Positions 38,030 through 45,759 of a stretch of 64,000 bases of DNA are shown in pieces (the stretch's first letter is position 1; each line of letters starts with the position of its first letter). A program made the position numbers and the translations under genes. The notes below the pieces were generated by a model. The model did not search any database. It was not told the origin of the DNA and was given only the letters and a program-made list of their open reading frames with translations. The stretch is from Deltaproteobacteria bacterium (GTDB lineage Bacteria > Desulfobacterota > Desulfomonilia > Desulfomonilales > Desulfomonilaceae). The stretch spans positions 28,935-92,934 of the forward strand of contig JAPLJK010000023.1 of the NCBI GenBank assembly GCA_026388625.1, given 5' to 3'.

Positions 38030-38340
38030 GCACGTAACATCAGCAGAGGCAAAGTCTTGGTGGAGACGGGCGTATCTGCTCGTCATTACTACTCCGAAGG
38101 CGTCGAATCGGTATTAGATAAAGAAGTCTTTCTTCAACGGATACTACTCATACGAATTCGCTTTCTAAGGATTGACATGGATAAGAAAAGCTTTGGTGGC
38201 GCAGGCGTCCCTGCGATTGATTCGAGCTGTACCCTAAGAAAACGGCGTGCAGAGACGCCCACCCCACTGCAAGATTTTCTTTTTTACAATCTTCAGTTTT
38301 GGATGGTGAATCGGCATCAAGGAAAAAAACAAGCACAGAC

Positions 38341-38841
38341 ATGAAAAAAATTCAGGTCGGTATCGTCATGGGAAGTGACTCGGACCTCCCTGTAATGGAG
38401 AAGGCTGCCGAGATCTTAAGAAAGTTTGGAATCCCTTTCTTTATGACGGTTGCGTCTGCCCACCGAACCCCGGAAAGGGTGGCTGATTTGGCTCGCAGGG
38501 CTGAAGCAGAGGATTGGAAAGTTATGATAGCGGGTGCGGGAATGGCGGCTCATCTTGCAGGGTTTCTGGCGGCACTCACAATTGTTCCGGTGATAGGGGT
38601 GCCGATGGACTCATCTCAATTGCACGGTCTGGACGCGCTACTTTCAACGGTTCAGATGCCGGGTGGGATTCCAGTGGCGGCCATGGGATTGGGATCTTCA
38701 GGGGCAAAAAACGCCGGTCTCATGGCTGTGCATATCTTGGCGGCCTTTGATCCCTCCCTCAGGCAAAAACTGATGAACTACCGAGAAGAGCAAAGAAAAG
38801 CCGTAGAAGAAAAGGCGGCTAGAGTGGAGAGAGGGACATAA
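38341..38841 (+). CDS. purE: N5-carboxyaminoimidazole ribonucleotide mutase (class I PurE)
   Basis: MKKIQVGIVMGSDSDLPVM, SAHRTPE and GAGMAAHLAG (class I-type loop). I prefer the ATG at 38341 to the ORF-track start at 38299. Confidence 0.85.
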   Translation: MKKIQVGIVMGSDSDLPVMEKAAEILRKFGIPFFMTVASAHRTPERVADLARRAEAEDWKVMIAGAGMAAHLAGFLAALTIVPVIGVPMDSSQLHGLDALLSTVQMPGGIPVAAMGLGSSGAKNAGLMAVHILAAFDPSLRQKLMNYREEQRKAVEEKAARVERGT

Positions 38842-38889
38842 CCTGCCTGATGACCACAACCGGCGTGAGCTTTGTCTCTTGCAATTCTT

Positions 38890-39465
38890 TCACAATCCCA
38901 GGCGATCGCTTATTTTTTTCATGGCCTCGATGCTTATGCTGATAAATTCGTCCAAGGGTATGTCGATCTTTTCGCAGAGAAGAATTCGATCCCTGTTTAC
39001 GGCGCGTGCAAACTCCTTCTCTTTCATTCTCTTTCCGACCGACTTGGATTTTACGCTTGCCAGCTTCTTATCAGGATAGACCAGCGTGGTGGTCACTATC
39101 ATCCCGGTTATGGTTTCCGCCGCGCTCAAGGCAAAGTGTATCGGCTTGGTCGCTGTCAACCCCAGGTGCTCAGCATTGTGGAATTTGATCGCCTCGATGA
39201 CGTCCGGATGGACACCTTTATCTGCCAGTATCTTCTCAGTAACCAGTCCGTGCCGGTCTATCGCCTCTCGGGTTTCATTATAGTCCAGATCATGGAGCAG
39301 TCCCGCGATACCCCACATTTCCGGGTCTTCGTTAAACCTGGGGGCCAATGCTCTCATGATGGCTTCCGTAGCCTCGGAGTGTTTCCTCAAGTTTTCAGCC
39401 TCAAGGGACTGCTCCATCAAATCCATCGCCGCCTGACGAGTAATACCCCATTTTCCAGTGCCCAT
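38890..39465 (-). CDS. HD-domain phosphohydrolase family protein
   Basis: H...HD motif (KHSEATEAIMRAL...GLLHDLDY), 191 aa. The antisense 204-aa ORF has no recognisable features. Confidence 0.6.
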   Translation of the reverse strand: MGTGKWGITRQAAMDLMEQSLEAENLRKHSEATEAIMRALAPRFNEDPEMWGIAGLLHDLDYNETREAIDRHGLVTEKILADKGVHPDVIEAIKFHNAEHLGLTATKPIHFALSAAETITGMIVTTTLVYPDKKLASVKSKSVGKRMKEKEFARAVNRDRILLCEKIDIPLDEFISISIEAMKKISDRLGL

Positions 39466-39514
39466 GGATTACATTCCTTGCCGTAACGCGATTCCCCAGA
39501 AGAGAAAGGCTGGT

Positions 39515-40810
39515 TTAATCGTCAAAGCTACCTTTGGGCCCCTTGTCACTGGTCAGAGATTCAGCTCTCCTTCTCAATGCGGCCTCAGTCCATTCCGAAG
39601 GATCTTCTATACGGGTAGCCTTAGGGTCAAGATTGAACGAGCCCGCCTTGAGAATAGTCTCTATGGCAAGAGGCGCGGTGTCTGCTCCGTTAAACACTTC
39701 GGTAATTAGCAGATAAACAAAATCCTCTACACCCTTTACCATTCTCTCACGGTCTTCCCTGGGCAGTCCCAGGAGCTTGTTTTCAAATGGGCGGTTGAGT
39801 TTCTTAAAATCGCCGCCTTTCCAGCCTTTCTCGCGAGCAAAAGAAACCATTTTATTCCACATTTCATCCGATGGACCGGCATCGGACATCTTCATGAAAT
39901 CGCCGTTTTCATCCTGAATGGCGTTGCCATACTCATTTACCTTTAGTCCCCACGATACCATCTGAAGAGCAGTAGCCACATTAGCCTTTGTCGTCCGGGT
40001 CCTGTCGGCAATAGCTCTGAGTCTGTCAAAACTGTTCCCTGATGTGCCATGCTGTGCGCCGGACACCTTGTATTTTTCGAGTGCCCTGTGAATATCTCCG
40101 GTCAAGTCCACCTGTATCCCTGCGTCGCTGGCTTCTATGCCGTGGGTAGTCCCATTGTTAAGGGCGATCCAGTCCGGGAAGATTCCGTGAGCATTTAGCC
40201 CCTGAATAAGAAATTGGGCCTCCGCAACTGTTGATAAACCCGCCTTGCCCTTGATCTCTCCAACTTCAGTTTCATATCCGGACCATGCAGGGACATAGCG
40301 GCTCAGAGCAATGTTGGCCAGCAAATTGTCCGCATCTGGAAGATGTGAGGCATCAATGGCTATAGAAGTTATTCCTGCATCAAACAAGCTGGGTATCTCG
40401 TTCCTGGCTGAATCTATGTCCAGCCTTTTCTTAATTCCATAGTGATCGGCATGGATGGCTATGGGAACAGTGATGCACAGTTCGTTACAGAGCGAGTCAA
40501 CCAATCTTGCCATATTCCACAGACTGACATCACAGTATGCATCCGCGCCGCCCTCGGATCTGGCGATTTCTATGATAATCGCCCCATTTGCTCGCTGGGC
40601 GGCCATGAGGGCCCCGCGTGCCACAAAAGAATTACGGACTGATGCGGCAATAGCTATAGAATGGCCCTTCGCCAAAGCAGCCCGGTCTATAACTTTGCCG
40701 CTGACAATTAATGCCTTGGAATTAGGAAATAAGCTTACTATGTTCGGTGGCCGTCCCTTGGACAAGGCTTTTTCAAAATCGTTTCTTGAGACAGTAAACT
40801 GAGTCTGCAT
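39515..40810 (-). CDS. fba: Class II (metal-dependent) fructose/ketose-bisphosphate aldolase, long form
   Basis: Metal and catalytic motifs seen: IAIHADHYG, NNGTTHG and GAQHGTSGN. The length is 431 aa. Confidence 0.65.
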   Translation of the reverse strand: MQTQFTVSRNDFEKALSKGRPPNIVSLFPNSKALIVSGKVIDRAALAKGHSIAIAASVRNSFVARGALMAAQRANGAIIIEIARSEGGADAYCDVSLWNMARLVDSLCNELCITVPIAIHADHYGIKKRLDIDSARNEIPSLFDAGITSIAIDASHLPDADNLLANIALSRYVPAWSGYETEVGEIKGKAGLSTVAEAQFLIQGLNAHGIFPDWIALNNGTTHGIEASDAGIQVDLTGDIHRALEKYKVSGAQHGTSGNSFDRLRAIADRTRTTKANVATALQMVSWGLKVNEYGNAIQDENGDFMKMSDAGPSDEMWNKMVSFAREKGWKGGDFKKLNRPFENKLLGLPREDRERMVKGVEDFVYLLITEVFNGADTAPLAIETILKAGSFNLDPKATRIEDPSEWTEAALRRRAESLTSDKGPKGSFDD

Positions 40811-41016
40811 AACTTCCTCCGTATGAAATGATCACGTGAAGAATACAGGGACTCTCCTGTGTAAATAAAAGGAACAAGTGGATGACGCGGCAGTCCGTCA
40901 TCACCACCAATGTCAGCCACGACATTATGAGTAAGGCCTTCTGCAGCAATCTTCAAGATAATTCTTCGGGAACAATTGAACAGCAGGATAAACTGATTAA
41001 CAGACTAACATAACGT

Positions 41017-41511
41017 CTAATTTTGACGAGTTCCAGCTACGTTACCACCGGCGATCTTCTCGGGACCACGGTCCCACTGAACCTGAGCGGGGGCATACCC
41101 GTAGGCCTTCAAAATTCTTAGATCGTACTCGACGCGGTTTCGGGAGAGCGGAGGCTTTTTCAGATTGCATCTCGCCGCTCCAAAATGGAGCGGACGAAAG
41201 GTATCAGATTCTCGGAGAGCATAGCTAATCCCTTCAAAATCAAACTCCAGTTTCTTTATCCACCACAAAGTACCATTGTGGAGTTCAACTTTCAGATAGG
41301 GCGTTCCGTCGTCCTCGCGAAAACGTAAATAGGCTGTGGCAAAGACCTGCTTTAGGTCAAGATCGCTGAGACTTTCGTAGGGAGGCGTTAGCACGGAACT
41401 CTGAAGAAGCCATGCCACAATCCCCATCGCTGCTACAAAGACAAGAGCAATAACCGTTGCAACAACATATATTTCATGGCGCCTGAAGGCCGCTAGAAAT
41501 TCTTGCTTCAT
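41017..41511 (-). CDS. Hypothetical single-pass membrane protein
   Basis: It has an N-terminal TM helix (IYVVATVIALVFVAAMGIVAWLL). The start overlaps the stop of the pilin-like gene by 4 nt. I recognise no family. Confidence 0.5.
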   Translation of the reverse strand: MKQEFLAAFRRHEIYVVATVIALVFVAAMGIVAWLLQSSVLTPPYESLSDLDLKQVFATAYLRFREDDGTPYLKVELHNGTLWWIKKLEFDFEGISYALRESDTFRPLHFGAARCNLKKPPLSRNRVEYDLRILKAYGYAPAQVQWDRGPEKIAGGNVAGTRQN

Positions 41512-42008
41512 CCTGGATCATCCTGAACGCGATCAGTGGTAGTGATCTTTCCCGTCTCAGAGTCGTACTTGTGCAAGAGCTTGCTATCTGCGTAATAAGC
41601 CTGTCCAGTGAAAGCTGCCCTGTCTTTCCCTCTGGACTTAAGGCTCAGGATCACTTTGGGCGGGACCTGCACCGAGGTCCTTTGACCTTCCGGTGTAACC
41701 AGAAAGCCGTCTCCACCGCTGCCGGATATTTCCGCATCAAAATAGCGGTGTTCCTTGGCAAAAAAATCTTCCTGAGCCCTGGCGGCAAGCATTAGGACCT
41801 TCGCAGCCTGTTCGCTCATTCTGCGGTTCTTGTACGAATCTACAAGAAATAGATAGATCCCTACCATCATGGATATTACCAAGACGGCAAAAACCATCTC
41901 TACACTAGTGAGACCAGATCTACATCTAAGATATCTCATTTCATCGTCTGCCCTTATACGGCTATTTTTTCCACTATTGGCCGGCCTTTGCTTCTCCACC
42001 AAATTCAT
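41508..42008 (-). CDS. Type IV pilin/pseudopilin-like protein (prepilin-type N-terminal cleavage/methylation motif)
   Basis: ...RCRSG|LTSVEMVFAVLVISMMVGIYLFLV has Gly at -1, Glu at +5 and a hydrophobic helix, followed by a pilin-like amphipathic helix. Starting at the internal ATG at 41939 would give a canonical short leader, MRYLRCRSG. Confidence 0.6.
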   Translation of the reverse strand: MNLVEKQRPANSGKNSRIRADDEMRYLRCRSGLTSVEMVFAVLVISMMVGIYLFLVDSYKNRRMSEQAAKVLMLAARAQEDFFAKEHRYFDAEISGSGGDGFLVTPEGQRTSVQVPPKVILSLKSRGKDRAAFTGQAYYADSKLLHKYDSETGKITTTDRVQDDPG

Positions 42009-42135
42009 GAATCATTAAGTTCATCAAACCTGTTTGAGCAGGCCCAGCAAGTCTTGTTGGATTCCAGAGGCCGTGCTCACTAGAAAACACTTAGTCTAAG
42101 ATTGGCTTGATGTCAAGATAGATTATCTGGTAGAT

Positions 42136-42984
42136 TCAAATGGTTATGTTGCCATTGTAAACTGTTGTCGCAGGGCCGATCATGAACACGTCAGCGTTGT
42201 CTCCTTTCCAGGCTATCGTTAAGTCGCCTCCTACGAGTTGCACTATTACCTGAGAATCGGTTAAGCCTTTAAGGGTAGTTGTTACGGCTGCAGCGCACGC
42301 TCCAGTCCCGCACGAAAAGGTTTCCCCACTACCGCGCTCCCACACCCGCATCAGCAAGACTCTCCGATCAACAACTCTAACAAATTCCACATTCGTCTTG
42401 GCCGGAAACAAAGGATGGGTCTCTATGGAAGCTCCGTATAGTTTGGGAAGAGGGCCTATCTCGCCATCCACTACTATTACACAATGGGGGTTGCCCATCG
42501 AGACCATTGAAGCAAGAAATGCTTGCCCCTGAACTTCAATGGGATAGTCCACTATGGGAACGTGGCCCGAGTCAATAATTGTGGGAATGTCCTTGGGGTG
42601 GAATAAAGGCGATCCCATGTTTACCTGAACACGGTTGACTTTGCCATCGGCTCCCGTGAAAATCTCAAGAACCTTGATCCCAGCTCTCGTTTCTATCGCA
42701 AGTGTTGTTTTGTCAGTGAGACCGCTGTCGTAAGCGTACTTGGCCATACACCGGATGCCGTTTCCGCACATTTCCGCCGATGATCCATCTGAATTCACGT
42801 AGTCCATGAAAAAATCTGCATTATTTGACGGCCTAATCACTATTATGCCGTCAGCCCCCACGCCCAACCGACGGTTGCATACCCGCACGACTTGTTCGGC
42901 AGACAATTCGATCCTTCCAACATGATCGTGGAAGACCACGAAATCGTTCATGGTGCCGTGCATTTTCTGGAAGCTTATCAACAT
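42136..42984 (-). CDS. dapF: Diaminopimelate epimerase
   Basis: KMHGTMNDFVVF, the catalytic Cys motifs CGNGIRC and SCGTGA, and GNPH. Confidence 0.9.
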   Translation of the reverse strand: MLISFQKMHGTMNDFVVFHDHVGRIELSAEQVVRVCNRRLGVGADGIIVIRPSNNADFFMDYVNSDGSSAEMCGNGIRCMAKYAYDSGLTDKTTLAIETRAGIKVLEIFTGADGKVNRVQVNMGSPLFHPKDIPTIIDSGHVPIVDYPIEVQGQAFLASMVSMGNPHCVIVVDGEIGPLPKLYGASIETHPLFPAKTNVEFVRVVDRRVLLMRVWERGSGETFSCGTGACAAAVTTTLKGLTDSQVIVQLVGGDLTIAWKGDNADVFMIGPATTVYNGNITI

Positions 42985-43105
42985 GGTGCAAGACTAGGCT
43001 ACTTTGCTTTTCAAGACAACTCAAACAGTGGCGGTTTTAAGACATATAGACTAGGATAACCGGTACCTATTATCAAAATGGTTGAAACTTTTCCCTTGAG
43101 AATAG

Positions 43106-43321
43106 ATGAAATACCTAGTCGTGATAGCCATTGCTTTGGCTGCCTGGAGTCTCCTTGAAGAGTTTGTTTTCAAGGACAAGCGCGTCGGTAGTTTCGAGTC
43201 TTTAACGCATAGGTTCTTAGATATCGGTCGACGGCTGCACAGAATGATCGGAGTGCTGGCGTTGATCATCATCATGATTTTCCTGATTCGCATGATCCTA
43301 TACGCAGCACATGTGTGGTAG
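43106..43321 (+). CDS. Possible small two-TM membrane protein (hypothetical)
   Basis: The 71-aa ORF has two hydrophobic helices (YLVVIAIALAAWSLL and MIGVLALIIIMIFLIRMILYAA) in an otherwise unassigned 370-nt gap. It has no clear SD and an antisense ORF also exists. Confidence 0.3.
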   Translation: MKYLVVIAIALAAWSLLEEFVFKDKRVGSFESLTHRFLDIGRRLHRMIGVLALIIIMIFLIRMILYAAHVW

Positions 43322-43357
43322 GGCATCTCCATACATAATGCCCACGGGATGATTCGA

Positions 43358-44587
43358 TCATACCATTTCAATCGCGCAGGCCATCGACACCCCGCCGCCG
43401 CCGCAGAGTGTGGCCAAACCTAGACTCTTATTTCTCTTTTTCATGGCATAAATCAGGGAGACAATGAGCCTGGCGCCAGTGCATCCCACGGGGTGCCCAA
43501 GGCCTATGCCGCTACCATTGACATTGGTGATTTCTCTGTTGAGCTTAAGCTCCCTCTCACAGGCAAGGTACTGAGCAGCAAATGCTTCATTGAGTTCTAT
43601 GAGTTCGAAATCATCCAGACTCATCCCGGAGCGATTAAGGAGGTTGTGAACGGCTGGAATCGGGCTTAGGCCCATCACAGTCGGATTACAAGCCCCCATT
43701 CCTACAGCCTTTATTCGGGCCAAAGGCTTGAGGCCGTCAGTCCTCGCTCGGTCCTCGGACATAATTATCAGGGCTGCTGAGCCGTCGTTGATTCCGCTGG
43801 AATTACCTGCCGTCACGGTGCCTGTTTTGGGGATGAAAGCCGGGCTGAGTTTGGCTAGGGCTTCCATGGTGAGCCCCGGGCGGAAATGCTCATCCTTGTC
43901 AAAGATTTTCGGAGCGCCTTTTTTCTGAGGAATGGTCACGGGCACTATTTCTTCCGAAAACGACCCGTCATTCGTTGCGCGTTCCACGCTGTTGTGACTG
44001 CGCAGAGCGATCTCATCCTGCTCCTGCCGGGTGATCCCGCATTTGGCGGCCACAAATTCCGCGGTATGACCCATTATGTATGGTTTGCCCCTGAAAAACT
44101 CAAAAGGACCATCATCAGGATATGTCAAGATATGTGAACCGCAATGTAAGCCCGTCTGCATGGCGTCCGTTATGGTCTCGTTACCCATCCGGACGCCCCA
44201 TCGAGCCTTTTCAAGGGTGAATGGAACCCCGGACATGTGCTCTACACCGCCTGCCAGTATGACATTGGCGACGCCGGCCTTGATCATAGCAGCACCGGAG
44301 AGGACGGCCTCCATACCGGAAATACAAACCCTATTGATAGTCACTGCGGGAACCGTATCAGGAATCCCAGCAATGAGTGCCCCGATTCGCGTAACATTCA
44401 TGGCATCGGTTGGGTTCAGACAGCATCCGAAGCGGACATCGTCAATAATATCCGGTGAAATCCCGGCCCTGTCTATGGCGGCCTTCATAGGCACACTGGA
44501 AATTTTCGCAGCGTGAACATCACGTAGAGTGCCGCCGAACTCGCCTATTGCGGTACGGCACCCTGAGACTATTACTACATCGCTCAT
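43358..44587 (-). CDS. Acetyl-CoA C-acetyltransferase (thiolase II)
   Basis: MSDVVIVSGCRTAIGEFGG, the active-site NRVCISGMEA, and the C-terminal NVNGSGIGLGHPVGCTGARL and CGGGG. The ATG at 44587 is preceded by GAGGGAG. The ORF-track extension to 44752 is unsupported. Confidence 0.9.
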   Translation of the reverse strand: MSDVVIVSGCRTAIGEFGGTLRDVHAAKISSVPMKAAIDRAGISPDIIDDVRFGCCLNPTDAMNVTRIGALIAGIPDTVPAVTINRVCISGMEAVLSGAAMIKAGVANVILAGGVEHMSGVPFTLEKARWGVRMGNETITDAMQTGLHCGSHILTYPDDGPFEFFRGKPYIMGHTAEFVAAKCGITRQEQDEIALRSHNSVERATNDGSFSEEIVPVTIPQKKGAPKIFDKDEHFRPGLTMEALAKLSPAFIPKTGTVTAGNSSGINDGSAALIIMSEDRARTDGLKPLARIKAVGMGACNPTVMGLSPIPAVHNLLNRSGMSLDDFELIELNEAFAAQYLACERELKLNREITNVNGSGIGLGHPVGCTGARLIVSLIYAMKKRNKSLGLATLCGGGGVSMACAIEMV

Positions 44588-44764
44588 GGGGGAAACTCCC
44601 TCTGTTATTGTAATATTTTTTTCTATCTCAACCGTGGCGGCGCATGAGAGACCTCGTGTACGCGCCGCACCATACAGCCATTCAGGCTCTATTGAACGTT
44701 TAAAGGGCTTAAGTCCGGTTTGAAAAGCCGCATACTTTCTCCTACGGTTCACACAGGGGAAGCG

Positions 44765-45286
44765 CTATTTGATTATGGCAGCTTCGTCTATGGACAATTC
44801 CTTTTCGAAATCTTCCCAGAATGTTTCCTCTGATTTGCGCCAGCCTGATCCAAACTTCTTGTTGAAAAGGCTTCCCACTTGATCCAATGCCTTGCTCCAG
44901 GCTGATTGATAGTTGAGTTTCAGAACATCCTCCAGGAAAGGTACGAGCGAGCCAAGCTTTTCTTTTGGTAAGTACGCTCTCGCTCCAAGCTGGATCGATT
45001 TTTTGAGGGCTTCCGGGGTAAACGCGTGCGCGGTGAGCATCACTACGGGAAAGTTTGCATTCTCGGCGATCTGCAAAAGATCGAATCCTCGAACTCCCAT
45101 AATGTCAAGGATTACCAGATCGTAGGTGTAGGAGACGAGATACTGCTGCGCTTTCTCAAAAGTGGTTGCCGTGTGCAGGGTGACACTAGCCGCATCTGAC
45201 AACTCCTCCTCGATAATGTCCAGGACGTCCTCTTCGTCGTCCACCACAAGGATCAGCCTGTCTTTCAAGATTTCAGAACTTGCCAT
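44765..45286 (-). CDS. Single-domain response regulator (CheY-like receiver with a ~50-aa C-terminal extension)
   Basis: LILVVDDEEDVLDII... is followed by the phospho-acceptor context DLVILDIMG, with the conserved K in KKSIQLGA...YLPK. Confidence 0.75.
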   Translation of the reverse strand: MASSEILKDRLILVVDDEEDVLDIIEEELSDAASVTLHTATTFEKAQQYLVSYTYDLVILDIMGVRGFDLLQIAENANFPVVMLTAHAFTPEALKKSIQLGARAYLPKEKLGSLVPFLEDVLKLNYQSAWSKALDQVGSLFNKKFGSGWRKSEETFWEDFEKELSIDEAAIIK

Positions 45287-45759
45287 CGGAAATCCTTTTC
45301 TTTCGCAGTCTGGTGCAGTCCAACTCCCAAGAGTTGTTTTGGATTATAAAACAAAAAGGACGAGATTCAAATTCCCCGTTGAATGGTAAGCCCAAGATGA
45401 TAATCTTCAGCCACCCCGGTTTCTAGATGCCGGTCGTCTGCAAACGGGGTTAAACCAAGTACGCATCCTTATGCTTACCCATACCGAAGAGTGAAGTCAA
45501 CTTTTTCGAGATCCTAAATCGCAAAGGACTTCCAGTTAAGGCAAAGACGTTAACGATTTTTGTATTGCCGAGGCTTCGAGCAAGAAAGGTGCGTCAACGG
45601 AACTGTCTGTGTGGGCAACCCGTGATTTGAGTTCCCTGCTTCAGGCATGGAATAGAATGTGTTAAGGTTAAACATCCGCAAGGAGTCTGATCCGACTGAC
45701 CTTTCTACGATTCTGCATTCAGGCCTCGATGCCGGAAAAAACTATCTTAAGGGGTTACG

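Noticed and set aside
38057-38344. 95-aa ORF between purH-N and purE. I also looked here for a ZTP/pfl or other purine-related riboswitch.
   Set aside because: The ORF has no SD or recognisable features and runs into the purE start. By eye I found no CCGCCTGGGC-type ZTP pseudoknot element and no purine-riboswitch core. An Rfam scan would be needed to be sure.
38872-39486. 204-aa plus-strand ORF overlapping the HD-domain gene
   Set aside because: The minus-strand frame has the H…HD motif and a plausible start. The plus frame has no features.
45287-45759. 470-nt divergent region between the response regulator and glgP. I considered a c-di-GMP-type riboswitch because of GCAAACGGGG…ACGCA.
   Set aside because: Only a few scattered nucleotides match, and the conserved GEMM helices cannot be built by eye. 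It is left as an ordinary regulatory region.
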